A stretch of 64,000 nt of DNA from an uncultured bacterium (GCA_943787795.1 CALSNU010000003.1:491708-555707), one strand, 5' to 3'. Positions 25,879-36,027 are shown, counted from the stretch's first letter. The notes: a model not told the origin generated them from the sequence alone. Translations and numbers: made by a program.

Positions 25879-28326
25879 ATGCGCCCCATCTCAATTGCTC
25901 TGCTCCTCCTCGCCGCCTCGCCCGCTGCTGCCCAGGGCCCCTCAGCGGGCCGCGTGCTCTGGTTGACCGGCAGCACCGGGGTGGAGGAGCGCATGGGCGA
26001 CCAGGTCGAGGCCTGGCGGGACGCCAGCGCCTCCGGCCACGATGTCGTGCAGGGCGATGGTTCGCGCATGCCCGTCCTTGAGCGGTACGGGCCGGGCGGG
26101 CACCCGACGCTCGTGTTCGACGGTAATGACTCGCTCACGCGTGCGGACGGCATGCCGACCGGCAGCTACACGAAGGTCATGGTCTGCGCCATCGACGACC
26201 TCTCGGCCACCAACAACGTCCTCTCTGGTGGGTCTCAGCACGCGGTCTACTTCGAGAGCTCGGACCTCGCGCGGATGTACCACTCGGGCCCCTTCGTGAC
26301 GAGCGGGACCCCGGTGGCCGCGGGAGAGCTGGTGCGGTTGGTCGCGACCTACGACGCCCAGACCCAGACCGGCAACCTCTACCAGAATGGCGTGCTGGTG
26401 GGCACTGGGAGCGCGCCGCCACACACGGACACGGGAATTCAGCTTGGGTCCTTCTCGGGCGGGTTCGGCCTCGTGGGTCGGATCTCCGAGGCGATGGTGT
26501 ACGACCGCGCCCTCGATGGAGGAGAGCGCGCGTCGATCGAGGCCTACCTCACCTCGAAGTATTTCTCGGCGACCCCTCCTGTGGTGGTCCTTGACCGCGC
26601 TCCGCGGAGCGGGCAGCTCCTGCAGCGCGACGGCCAGGACCGCGCCAGCGTGACCTTCGAGGGCCGCGTGCTCTCGGGAGGCTTCGATCGCGTGGAGGTG
26701 CAGGTCTTGCGAGACGGCCAGCCCTTCCAGGTGGTGGACCAGGCGCTGAGCTACGCCGCGGGCGAGGCGGCCTTCGCGCTCTCCGCCGAGATTGACGCGG
26801 GGTTCCACGACTACGAGGCCACGGTGCGCCTGCTCGCAGGCTCGAGCGCGACCCCGGCGGTCGTCCGCGGCCGAATCACCTGCGGAGACACCTTCCTGAT
26901 CCAGGGGCAGTCCAACGCGGGGGCCTGGGACTTCACCAATGAGGGTGTGGCGAACCAGGCCAAGAGCCCCTGGATCCGCTCGTTCGGGTCCTCGGTGGAC
27001 AACGCCGGGACGGTCTTTGACCAGACCTGGGACGAGGCGGACGCCGAGGTGGAATACGGCCACTCGGCGATCGGGCAGTGGGGCCACGTCCTGGCTCAGC
27101 GCCTGGTGGCGACCCAGGGGGTCCCGATCGCGATCGTGAACGGCGCGGTGGGAGGGACCAACAGCACCCAGCACCAGCGGGATGTGAGCGACCCCGAGAA
27201 CCTCGACACGATCTACGGTCGCCTCCTGTGGCGAGCCCGGCTCGCAGGCATCGCTTCAACCGCGCGCGCGCTCCTCTGGTACCAGGGCGAGAGCGACGGC
27301 GGCAACGAGACGCTCCACGGCCAGAACTTCGCGGCGCTGTACGCCGACTGGCACGCAGACTTCGCGACCATCGAGCAGCTCTATGTCTTCCAGGTGCGGA
27401 CGGGATGCGGCGTCGGCGGCCGTAGCGTCCGGGAGGTGCAGCGGCAGCTCCCGAGCCTGTACCCGGACCTGCGGCTCATGTCCACGACGGCGGCGCCGGG
27501 CCACGACGGCTGCCACTACGGGAGCGCCGGCTACGAGGAGCTCGGGAGGCGCGTCGCGCGGTTGGTGCTGCGGGACCTCTATGGATCCACGGACACCCAG
27601 GACATCACGGCCCCTGACGTCGTGAGCGCCGCGTGGGTGGACTCCGTCCAGGATCGCATCCGGCTGACCTTCCGCGAGGAGGCGGACACCCTCGTCTGGG
27701 GAGCTGGCGCACAGGTGCACTTCCAGCTCAGCAACGGGCAGCAGGTCGTCGGCGGGACCTCCCTGGGGAACTCCATCGTCCTGGACCTGCCGGGGCCCGG
27801 CACGGCGACCCGGCTCTCCTACCTGGGCCACGCCTTCGACGGCCCGTGGGTGACCAACGCGCGCGGCGTCGGCCTCCTGGCGTTCTTTGACGTCCCGATC
27901 GATGACTGCCCGGCGCCGCCGCCCGCGAGCTTCTGCGTCTCGGCGCCGAACTCGGTGGGAGCGGGCGCCCAGATCTCGTCCTCGGGGAGCCCGTCGATCC
28001 TCGTGAACGACTTCCTCCTGCAGGTGTTCTTCCTGCCGCCGAACCAGGTCGGCTTCTTCTTCTACGGGTCGGCGCCCGGCCAGGTGCCGCTCGGGGACGG
28101 CTTCCTGTGTATCGGTCAGAGCGGCGGCATCCAGCGGCTCCCGGTGGCCCCGTCCAACTTCCTGGGGAGCGCCTTCTATGGGCTCGACTTTGGCGCGCCG
28201 CCCCTGAACGCAGGGGCCGGTCAGGTCGTGGCGGGGACCCACTACTACTTCCAGTACTGCTACCGGGACCAGGGAGGCGTCGGCTTCAACTTCAGCGACG
28301 GCCTCGACGTGAGCTTCTGCCCCTAG
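25879..28326 (+). CDS. Secreted multidomain protein: LamG/ConA-like domain + SGNH sialate O-acetylesterase (SASA/DUF303) + conserved C-terminal domain
   Basis: Signal peptide; LamG-type LYQNGVLVG...GRISEAMVYDRAL; SGNH motifs GQSNA, WYQGESD and DGCHY; C-terminal FC..PNSVG...FQYCYRD...NFSDGLDVSFCP. Confidence 0.85.
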   Translation: MRPISIALLLLAASPAAAQGPSAGRVLWLTGSTGVEERMGDQVEAWRDASASGHDVVQGDGSRMPVLERYGPGGHPTLVFDGNDSLTRADGMPTGSYTKVMVCAIDDLSATNNVLSGGSQHAVYFESSDLARMYHSGPFVTSGTPVAAGELVRLVATYDAQTQTGNLYQNGVLVGTGSAPPHTDTGIQLGSFSGGFGLVGRISEAMVYDRALDGGERASIEAYLTSKYFSATPPVVVLDRAPRSGQLLQRDGQDRASVTFEGRVLSGGFDRVEVQVLRDGQPFQVVDQALSYAAGEAAFALSAEIDAGFHDYEATVRLLAGSSATPAVVRGRITCGDTFLIQGQSNAGAWDFTNEGVANQAKSPWIRSFGSSVDNAGTVFDQTWDEADAEVEYGHSAIGQWGHVLAQRLVATQGVPIAIVNGAVGGTNSTQHQRDVSDPENLDTIYGRLLWRARLAGIASTARALLWYQGESDGGNETLHGQNFAALYADWHADFATIEQLYVFQVRTGCGVGGRSVREVQRQLPSLYPDLRLMSTTAAPGHDGCHYGSAGYEELGRRVARLVLRDLYGSTDTQDITAPDVVSAAWVDSVQDRIRLTFREEADTLVWGAGAQVHFQLSNGQQVVGGTSLGNSIVLDLPGPGTATRLSYLGHAFDGPWVTNARGVGLLAFFDVPIDDCPAPPPASFCVSAPNSVGAGAQISSSGSPSILVNDFLLQVFFLPPNQVGFFFYGSAPGQVPLGDGFLCIGQSGGIQRLPVAPSNFLGSAFYGLDFGAPPLNAGAGQVVAGTHYYFQYCYRDQGGVGFNFSDGLDVSFCP

Positions 28327-28417
28327 GCGGGTGGAAGGCCACCGCCAGGGGCGCTGCTCCCAGGCAGGAAGGGCATCAGGCTGGCGCAGGCCAGACGGTT
28401 GGCCTGCGCCAGCCACG

Positions 28418-28711
28418 TCAGCCGTCGTCGCTCTCCCCGCATTGGTCGGGGGCCTTGGCGCCCTTGCTAGCGGCGACCGCGAGACCCCAGAGCAGGAGGT
28501 AGGGCGCCCAGCCCCAGAGGACGAAGTTGAACATGACGGCGGCCATGGCTTCGACCACTCGCTCCGGCAGGAGGACGACGGCCCCGTCTGACACACGCTC
28601 GATCCCGTCGGAGGCCCAGGCGACCGCACAGAAGGCGAGCCAGACCAGGACCGGGAGCATGCAACCCATGACCACGGGGTTCGTGCGTCTCTTGTGTTGG
28701 CCCTCTTTCAT
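28418..28711 (-). CDS. Small hypothetical membrane protein
   Basis: GGAGGAGA RBS and ATGA overlap with the upstream gene; two hydrophobic helices (MKEGQHKRRTNPVVMGCMLPVLVWLAF...). Confidence 0.6.
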   Translation of the reverse strand: MKEGQHKRRTNPVVMGCMLPVLVWLAFCAVAWASDGIERVSDGAVVLLPERVVEAMAAVMFNFVLWGWAPYLLLWGLAVAASKGAKAPDQCGESDDG

Positions 28712-29403
28712 TTCTCCTCCTGCCCCCCGTCTTCGCTCGGCGCGCCTTCGGGCTTCGGAGCCTCGGCCGGTACGGGCTGCGCGAGGGTTATGCTCCGGAT
28801 GGCTCCGAAGCCCTTCCCCTCGAGCTTCTTGCCGGGCCGCTGGAGGTGAAGGTGCCCGGCGCGAAGCGAGAACTCCTTGACCTTGATGAGGCGGGCCTGG
28901 AAGGGCTTGCCCCGCAGGGGGGTGACCATGACGTCCTCCCCGACCATCCTCTTCCAGCTGTCGAGGGTCGCCCTCTGGGCCGCCTGCTCTGTGGCGGTGG
29001 GCGGGGGCGCATCCGCCGCGAGTCGGCTCGTGAGGATCCCGCAGGCGGGCACGCCCATGGGCGCGATCATCAAGAGGGCGAGCGCGCTCCCGAGGCGACG
29101 CTGCCGCCTTGTTGCAGGGGGCCTCGGCATCTTTGGCTTCGTGGTGGCCGCCCGCAAGGCGAAGGGGGCGTAGACCAGCGCCATGAGGAACAGCCACAGG
29201 AGGAGGCTTGGCCCCCACATGATCGCCATGAAGAGATTGAGCCGGGCAATCTGCTCGTTCCACGAGCCCAACAGGATCGCGAACCAAGCGACGGAAAACA
29301 GGGACGGTGACATGCAGAGCCAGAAAAGCGCGGGGCAGGGCATAAAGGTGAACACGCCCCTCCGCGGCTCGCTGGTGGCAGGGTTCATTCTGACGTCGGT
29401 CAT
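28708..29403 (-). CDS. Hypothetical membrane protein
   Basis: Three hydrophobic segments then a basic soluble domain; translationally coupled to the downstream ORF. Confidence 0.55.
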   Translation of the reverse strand: MTDVRMNPATSEPRRGVFTFMPCPALFWLCMSPSLFSVAWFAILLGSWNEQIARLNLFMAIMWGPSLLLWLFLMALVYAPFALRAATTKPKMPRPPATRRQRRLGSALALLMIAPMGVPACGILTSRLAADAPPPTATEQAAQRATLDSWKRMVGEDVMVTPLRGKPFQARLIKVKEFSLRAGHLHLQRPGKKLEGKGFGAIRSITLAQPVPAEAPKPEGAPSEDGGQEEK

Positions 29404-29817
29404 GGGGCAACCTCGAAGTCTTGGGGTCCGGGCATGGCGCCGTCGTCAGGCGCCGCTGCCGGGGGGGGGGGAAGCGACGAGAAGTCCTCATCGCGGCAGG
29501 TCCTTATCCTCGGCGCATCCCGGGCCCATCGACCTGCGCTCACAGTGGGCCCGTTGATCAGCCCACCTGATCGATCGGCTCCTCTGCTCGCCCCTGGGCG
29601 GACTGGGGCGGGTTGGGGCCGATTCGTGCCGCTTGAGGCCGCACGTCTGGCGCGCCGCGCGCCTCGGTCACATTAGTCACATCGGCCCCGGGAGAGCGCC
29701 TCGGGCACCGCTCCGGCCCGATTCGGCCCGATTCGGCCCAGCATCGCTCCCTTCGGCGTGCTCAGCCTCTCCCCATGGCCAAGGCCACCTCGCGTCACCA
29801 GCGCACAGGGGGCGGGC

Positions 29818-30048
29818 TCACTTCGGCGGGCCCGTCTCCACGGTGCGGGGGCCGCCGGAATCGAAGACCGAGACGCACTGGCCGATCCAGAGGAAGGGGA
29901 GCAGGAGCAAGAGGAAGCCCAGGCAGCTGGTGCACCCCGGCGTCCGGGGCTGTCGTCGGGCCCCGAGTCCGTCGCGGACGCCTCGCTCGACGGCCTCACG
30001 GAGGCGCCGCTCGTCGTCCTCCTCGTCAAAGTAGATCTCACCGGGCAT
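29818..30048 (-). CDS. Small single-TM hypothetical protein
   Basis: MPGEIYFDEEDDERRLREAVERG...GCTSCLGFLLLLLPFLWIG; plausible composition. Confidence 0.55.
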   Translation of the reverse strand: MPGEIYFDEEDDERRLREAVERGVRDGLGARRQPRTPGCTSCLGFLLLLLPFLWIGQCVSVFDSGGPRTVETGPPK

Positions 30049-30360
30049 GCTCGAGGAGAAGAGCGCGGCCGAGCGAACCGTGACGCCAAATCCCGGGAGA
30101 GTCTCTCCCCGGTCCGTCCCGATTGGGCCTCGTATCTTCTGCCCTCTGGAGCGTCACCGCCACCGCGTCCGCAAGGTCGCACGTGGTCCGCCCGCCGAGC
30201 GCGTCGGGGCGCCAGCCTGGGATCGCCGGGTTGGACCATGACGGTCCCCGTCAGGGGCGGCGTCGACTTGAGGTTGACGCTCCAAACTCCTGGTGCGTGG
30301 ACCGGACTTGGGCGCGACGCGCCCTGGCTGCGCGCATCGCGTCAGCGTCTATATCCGCCC

Positions 30361-31755
30361 CTATCTTAGGGGCTGCGCGATGCAGTACAGGTGTCGCGAA
30401 CCGCGCAGGTACAGCTCGTCCCCGACGATCGCGGCCGAGGCGCTGAAGGTGTCGTCGAGGAGGTTTTGGGCCAGGATCTGAGGGTTCTCGGGGTCGGCGC
30501 TGAGGACGAGGGTGAGGCCGCTGCGGTCGGTGATGTAGAGGCGGTCCTTGGCGGCGACCGGGGAGGCGTAGATCTCGTTCAGGCCGGGGAGGCGCATGGC
30601 GCGGTTGGGCTCGGCGCCGGTGGCGGCGTGGACGCGGGTGAGGAAGCCCTGGTAGTGGTTGAGGAAGTAGAGCCAGCCGTCCTTGAGGAGCGGGGAGGGC
30701 ACGTAGGGCGTGCCGCGCTGGCGGCGCCAGGCGATGCGGTCGGTGGTGGTGATGTCCCCCTTCGCGCCCTCGAGCCGGATGCCGAGCATGCGCTTGCGCA
30801 CGTAGCTGCTGCCCGCGAAGACCATCCCGTCCCCGGCGACGGGGGAGGCGACGACGTTGTTGGAGAGGCCCGCGCACTCCCAGATGACCGAGCCGTCCTC
30901 CAGGTCGTAGGCGCAGACCCGGCGGGTGCCGCTCACGATGATCTGCTTCCGGCCGTCGTGCTCCACCACGATCGGGGTGGCCCAGGAGGTCACCTCGTCC
31001 CGCTCCTTGCGCCAGCGTTGCTTGCCCGTGGCCTTGTCCATGGCCGCGATGAACGAGGGACCCTCGTGGTCCCAGTTGACGATCACGGTGTCCCCGTGGA
31101 GGGCGGCGGTGGCCCCCTCTCCGTGGCCGTGCTTCACCTGCATGTCGCCGAGGTCGTCGTGCCAGAGCACCTCGCCGTCCAGGTCCAGCCCGTAGATGCC
31201 GTAGGAGCCGAAGAAGGCGACCAGGTGCTCCCCGTCCGTGACCGCGGACGCGGCCGCCAGGGCGCCGGACACGTGGAAGCCGGCGTGGGGGAGCTGCTCG
31301 TGGAGCTCGGTCTCCCAGACGATCTCGCCGCTCTTGCGGTCGATGGCGAAGGCGATGAACCGGTGGCGCTGGCGGACCGGCGCGTTGTCGTGGGCGCCGG
31401 GCGCGTCGTCGGGGACCGGGTCGAGGATCGGGCCGATGGGCACCGCCGCGGTCAGGAAGACGCGGTCGCCCCAGATCACCGGGGTCCCGTAGCCCTCGCC
31501 CGGCAGCGCCGTCTTGAAGCGGACGTTCTCGGTCTCACTCCAGCGGGTGGGCGGGTCCGAGTCCGGCGCGACACCGGTCCCTAGCGGCCCCCTCCACTGC
31601 GCCCAGTGTGCTTCGGCTGCTCCGACCTCCGGCGTCCTCGCCTCCGTGCCCTGCGGGGCCGCCGCGAGCGCCGCCTGCGGGCTGGGCTCCTGCGCAAGCG
31701 CAGGCGCCCCAAGAAGGCAGGTCAGGAAGGTGGCCCGTGTGACGAGAGCGGTCAT
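30361..31755 (-). CDS. PQQ-binding-like beta-propeller repeat protein (planctomycete BamB-like family)
   Basis: Signal peptide; WAQWRGPLGTG, GYGTPVIWGDRVF, SWATP, PYVPSP and YASPV repeats. Confidence 0.9.
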   Translation of the reverse strand: MTALVTRATFLTCLLGAPALAQEPSPQAALAAAPQGTEARTPEVGAAEAHWAQWRGPLGTGVAPDSDPPTRWSETENVRFKTALPGEGYGTPVIWGDRVFLTAAVPIGPILDPVPDDAPGAHDNAPVRQRHRFIAFAIDRKSGEIVWETELHEQLPHAGFHVSGALAAASAVTDGEHLVAFFGSYGIYGLDLDGEVLWHDDLGDMQVKHGHGEGATAALHGDTVIVNWDHEGPSFIAAMDKATGKQRWRKERDEVTSWATPIVVEHDGRKQIIVSGTRRVCAYDLEDGSVIWECAGLSNNVVASPVAGDGMVFAGSSYVRKRMLGIRLEGAKGDITTTDRIAWRRQRGTPYVPSPLLKDGWLYFLNHYQGFLTRVHAATGAEPNRAMRLPGLNEIYASPVAAKDRLYITDRSGLTLVLSADPENPQILAQNLLDDTFSASAAIVGDELYLRGSRHLYCIAQPLR

Positions 31756-31944
31756 GGAGTCACCTTACGCGGGGGCCCTGGAGGTTGTTGGTCGCGGCCC
31801 TGGTCCTCCCGGGCACGCGAGCCTCGGGGCGCCGTGGTCGCGCATGGGAGGGGTCGGCGTTCCCCCAAGGCACAACGGCCCGGACTTCGCCTGCTCCGCC
31901 CTGGCCAGGCGCCGTGAGGCCCTGGTGAAGGCATCTGGCCCGGG

Positions 31945-33330
31945 CTAGGCCAGCAGCTCGGTCAGCGGGCCGGCGTGGGAGACGCCGTTCTGCTTGAGCA
32001 CCAGGTCCTCGTTCCCGAAGAATTCGATGGGGTTGCCGTGGGCGTTGAGGACCGTCGTCCACCAGTCCGCGATGGTGCGGCAGCCCTTGGCGCCGTACTC
32101 GGGGTACCGCAGGTAGCGGCCCGGCAGCTTCAGCTTGCCGCTGCAGCCACCGAGGACGAGGTAGGGCCACTCCCGGCACGAGCCGTGGTGGGCGTCGCCG
32201 GAGTCCGACAGGAAGACGATCATGGTCCGGTCGAGCAGGTTGCCGTCGCCCTCGGGCACCGCCTTCAGCTTGCCGGCGAGAGCCGCCAGGAGCGCCGTGT
32301 GGTGCTCGCGGATGATGTCCCGGTACTCGGCCTGGGGCCTCGTGCCCTCGTCGTGCCCGATGCCGTGGTTGTGCTTGTCGATCCCGAGCTGCGTGTAGGT
32401 CGTGTTGATGTTGTCGAGGCGGATCGTGACGACGTTGGTGAGCCCCGCGATCAGCGCGGCGGCGGCGAGGTCGAAGTGGGCCTCTTGCCGGAGCTCCTCG
32501 GGCTCGGCCGTGTACTTGTCGGAGAGCGCGGGGGCGTGCTCCTTGATCTGGGCCTTCATCCCGGCCAGCCGGGTGTGCCGCACCTGCAGCTCCTCGAAGG
32601 AGTTCAGGTACGCGTCCAGCTTGTCGCGCTCCGAGGAGGGGACCTGTTTGCGGACCTTCTTGAGGTCCCCGACCATGAAGTCGAAGAGGTTTCGCTGGAG
32701 CCTGAAGCGGGTCTTGCCGGACTCGGTCGCGGACACGGCGGAGCCGAACAGCTGTTCGTAGGCGAGGTCGGGGGAGCCCTGGAAGGGCCGCTCCTTGCCC
32801 GGCCCGGTGGCCGTGATGCCCGGGTACAGGGTGCCGCCGTAGCTCTTGCTCAGGGCCTTGCCCTTGACCGCGAGCGCCACGTGGTTGAAGGGCGCCGGGT
32901 TGAGCCGCGCCAGCTCGGCGTCGGCGGTCGCCCGCACGACCGCGCCGGCGTCGAACTCGCCGCCGGTCATGTAGGCCGCCATCATGCCGAAGTAGCTGGA
33001 GTGTCCGCCCCGGCACATCTTCCCGGAGAGGCCCTGCACGATGGAGAGCTGGTCCTTGAAGGGCTCCAGCGCTCGCATGGACTTTGGCAGGGCGGCCTTC
33101 GTCAGGTCCGCGTTGAACAGGTCCGGGCGGGCGTCTGTCCCCTGGAACGCCAGCGGGGTGACGCCCTCGGGGACGATGCCGCTCGACTTGACGACGAACA
33201 CGAAGCGGCTGGGGAAGGCGTCCTGGGCGCCGCCCGCCTGCAGCTGGAGTTGGCGCAGCAACGGGGTGAGCAGGGCGCTCCCGGCGCCGAGGGAGAGGCC
33301 CCTCATGATCTCGCGACGTGAGTAGTTCAC
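31945..33330 (-). CDS. DUF1552 domain-containing Tat-exported protein
   Basis: GTG start overlaps the upstream TGA; twin-arginine SRREIMRGLSLGAG; AAALIAGLTNVVT, VPEGDGNLLDRT and SDSGDAHH. Confidence 0.88.
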   Translation of the reverse strand: MNYSRREIMRGLSLGAGSALLTPLLRQLQLQAGGAQDAFPSRFVFVVKSSGIVPEGVTPLAFQGTDARPDLFNADLTKAALPKSMRALEPFKDQLSIVQGLSGKMCRGGHSSYFGMMAAYMTGGEFDAGAVVRATADAELARLNPAPFNHVALAVKGKALSKSYGGTLYPGITATGPGKERPFQGSPDLAYEQLFGSAVSATESGKTRFRLQRNLFDFMVGDLKKVRKQVPSSERDKLDAYLNSFEELQVRHTRLAGMKAQIKEHAPALSDKYTAEPEELRQEAHFDLAAAALIAGLTNVVTIRLDNINTTYTQLGIDKHNHGIGHDEGTRPQAEYRDIIREHHTALLAALAGKLKAVPEGDGNLLDRTMIVFLSDSGDAHHGSCREWPYLVLGGCSGKLKLPGRYLRYPEYGAKGCRTIADWWTTVLNAHGNPIEFFGNEDLVLKQNGVSHAGPLTELLA

Positions 33331-35699
33331 TGGCCTCGCCTCCCGGCGGCGTTGACGGTCTTGCGGTAGAGGAACGAGTCCGAGGTGAGCAGCGACGTGA
33401 CCAGGGCCCGGAAGCTCCCGCCGCTCTCGAGGTACGCCTCGTCGGCGGCGATCAGGGTCTTCGAGTCCGCGAGGGTCTCGTTCCTGCCCATGTAGTAGCG
33501 GAATACGTGCCGGATGATCGACTGGCGGGCCATGTCCGAGCGGGCCAGGCGGTGGATCAGATCCAGGGCGTCTTCGACCTCGCCGTCGACGTCCAGCTCG
33601 TCCGTGCCCTCGAGGAGCCCGCGGGCGTTGACCGGCTTGCTGCTGCCGTCGCCGATGGTCTCGGTCTGTCGGAAGCGGCCCAGGTCGTCGTACATCTCGA
33701 AGGTGTGCCCGAGCGGGTTCATCTTGGCGTGGCAGCGCCAGCACTCCGGGGCCTCGGTGACCTCCAGCCGCTCCCTGAGAGTCTTGCCGTGATCCTCAGG
33801 GACCGTGGCGTCGACGGTGATCGGGATGTCCGGCACCACGCCAGCGAGCAGCCGCTCGCGGACCCACTTGCCGCGGCGGATGGGGTCCGTCGAATCGTTG
33901 AGCGAGTGGGCGATGAGCCACGCCGGGTGGGTCAGCATCCCCGCGCGGTGGGGCCGCTTGTAGGGCTGGGGGAGCAGGAAGTCCTGCTCGTCGTCCTCGA
34001 GGTCGTAGACCATCGGGTACTTCTTGTAGAGCTGCTGCATGCCGTGCCGCAGGAACTCCTCGTCGTCCGAGTGCTTCCATTGCCCGCACTCCTTCACGAT
34101 CTGCTTGATGGCGCGGATGCTGCCGTTGAAGCCCCGGTTGAACTTGTGCAGGTGGTACTTCTCGTTGAGCTCGTCCCAGCCGTCGAGGTCCAGTCTCTGC
34201 AGCAGCTCCTGCTGCTTGGCCTCGGGGAACTCGCCCGCGTCCAGCTGCGCCTGGTTCAGCTTGTAGAAGTCGTAGACCGTGTTGCGGAACGTCTGGCGGT
34301 TGAGGATGAAGTACTCGTCCGAGGTCAGCAGCCGTTCGAGGACGTCCTGGTCGTCTTCGAGGATGTTGAGCACGAAGAAGTCCGCCTCGCGCTCGTACAT
34401 CTGCGGGTAGTTCTCGCCGTAGTACGCGAAGCCCCCGGAGCGCTTCTCGTCCTTGAAGATCTTGTGGGCCTGGGCGTAGCCGAAGAACTCCTGAAAGAAG
34501 CGGAGGGTGCGGGGCTTCTCGATGTCGGGGTCGGCGAGGATGCGTGCAACCTCCCGCTCGACGTCGGCGCGGGTCTCGAGCTGTCCGTCTCCGGCGGCGC
34601 GCATCAGGGCCCCGTCGGGCCGGCGGTCGGTGAGCGCATAGGCGATGGCGAAGGCCAGCTCGGTGCTCGAGAGCATGCGCCGCCCCCCGCTGCCCCGCTT
34701 CCCGAGCCCGATCTCGAGCCGGTAGACGGACTCGTGGTGGAGCATCACGGCCATCAGCACGACGCGGAGGGCCTCCGCCGTGCCGCCCTCGCGCGCGGCC
34801 TGCCGGAAGAGCCGGTCGTAGTCCTTCTCCTCGCCGCGGGTGGGGGCCCGGTAGACGACGGTCTGGAAGTGCGCCCGGAGGATCGGTGCCAGGACCTCCT
34901 CGTCGGGGGCCTCACTGGAGGCGGCGAGGGCCGCATAGCGCGTCTCGATGAGGGCGTCGGCCGCAAGGCCGGCGTTGCTGACCAGCGTATTGACCACCGC
35001 CGAGTCGGCGAACAGCAGGTCGGCGTAGTCCTTGATGCCCATCTTGTCCTCCAGCATGAAGGGCTGCCGCAGGTGACCGGGGTCGCCGCCGTAGCCCGCC
35101 TTGATGCTGTCGAAGACGTTGGGGCTGGTGCGCCAGAGCCTCGCCGGGGAAAAGGGCGCGGTCTCGATCTCGCCGCTGAACAGCCGCTCGTGGTCCACGT
35201 AGTTGCCGAAGGAGGGGCTCTGGAGCTTCGCGTAGATGTCCGACTCGTTCCCCGACTTCGCGAGCTCGCCGTCGATCCAGCGGATCACGGCGTCCCGTTC
35301 GCGCGTCTTGGGCTGCTTCCCGCTGGAGGGCGGCATGGCCTCCACGACGAGCTGCAGGAGCACGTTCTTCCAGAGCTCCATGTCCTGACCCGCCGCCAGC
35401 TCCGCGCTGATGCCATCGAGGCGGACGTCCGCCTCGGTCCGGCTCCCCGCGTGGCACCTCGTGCAGTAGCGATCCAGGAACGGCCGGACGGTCTCCTCGA
35501 AGGCGGTCCCGTCGACGGCCGTCTTCACGTCCCCGCGGCGGGGAATGGGCGTGTGCCGGGTGCTCGGCGCCGCAGATCCAACCGAGACCGCGAGCGAGCC
35601 TGCCGCGATCAGCAGGCCGAGGCCGAGACCATGGCGTCGCCGCTCGACTCGAAGCCCGCCCTCGGGGCTGGGTGAGGTGGTCGGGTGTGCCTGGCTCAT
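33327..35699 (-). CDS. Planctomycete cytochrome c / DUF1588-DUF1592-DUF1595-DUF1585 protein
   Basis: CTRCH and CWRCH heme motifs; RAGMLTHPAWL, TDPIRRGKWVRERLL and SGGSFRAL...SDSFLYR; partner of the DUF1552 gene. Confidence 0.88.
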   Translation of the reverse strand: MSQAHPTTSPSPEGGLRVERRRHGLGLGLLIAAGSLAVSVGSAAPSTRHTPIPRRGDVKTAVDGTAFEETVRPFLDRYCTRCHAGSRTEADVRLDGISAELAAGQDMELWKNVLLQLVVEAMPPSSGKQPKTRERDAVIRWIDGELAKSGNESDIYAKLQSPSFGNYVDHERLFSGEIETAPFSPARLWRTSPNVFDSIKAGYGGDPGHLRQPFMLEDKMGIKDYADLLFADSAVVNTLVSNAGLAADALIETRYAALAASSEAPDEEVLAPILRAHFQTVVYRAPTRGEEKDYDRLFRQAAREGGTAEALRVVLMAVMLHHESVYRLEIGLGKRGSGGRRMLSSTELAFAIAYALTDRRPDGALMRAAGDGQLETRADVEREVARILADPDIEKPRTLRFFQEFFGYAQAHKIFKDEKRSGGFAYYGENYPQMYEREADFFVLNILEDDQDVLERLLTSDEYFILNRQTFRNTVYDFYKLNQAQLDAGEFPEAKQQELLQRLDLDGWDELNEKYHLHKFNRGFNGSIRAIKQIVKECGQWKHSDDEEFLRHGMQQLYKKYPMVYDLEDDEQDFLLPQPYKRPHRAGMLTHPAWLIAHSLNDSTDPIRRGKWVRERLLAGVVPDIPITVDATVPEDHGKTLRERLEVTEAPECWRCHAKMNPLGHTFEMYDDLGRFRQTETIGDGSSKPVNARGLLEGTDELDVDGEVEDALDLIHRLARSDMARQSIIRHVFRYYMGRNETLADSKTLIAADEAYLESGGSFRALVTSLLTSDSFLYRKTVNAAGRRGQ

Positions 35700-35889
35700 G
35701 TGGGACGGTGAGCCTCGTCGAGGCCGGATCCCACACTAGTCGGTACGGTTGGAACCCTCAAGGAGTCCAGAGGCGCCGTCACCGCAGTCCCAGAAGCGGT
35801 CGCGGGACGTTTGGGAGCGAACGCGGCCCACGCGCGCCCCCCGATGCGAGAGGACGTCGAGTCCCCGTGCGCCGGGAGCCGCTGGCCTG

Positions 35890-35961
35890 CCCGTGGCTCC
35901 CGTGATCCCTGTGGCCCCCGTGATCCCTGTAGCCCCCGTGATCTCCGTAGCCTCCGTGGTC
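35890..35961. repeat. 18-bp degenerate tandem repeat x4 (with internal 9-bp periodicity)
   Basis: cccgtggctcccgtgatc/cctgtggcccccgtgatc/cctgtagcccccgtgatc/tccgtagcctccgtggtc. Confidence 0.85.
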
Positions 35962-36027
35962 TCGGCGGCGTCGCCCGATCAAAGGCCACGGGGTGAGGTG
36001 GAGGGCGTGGGGCCACGGGCGGGCCGC

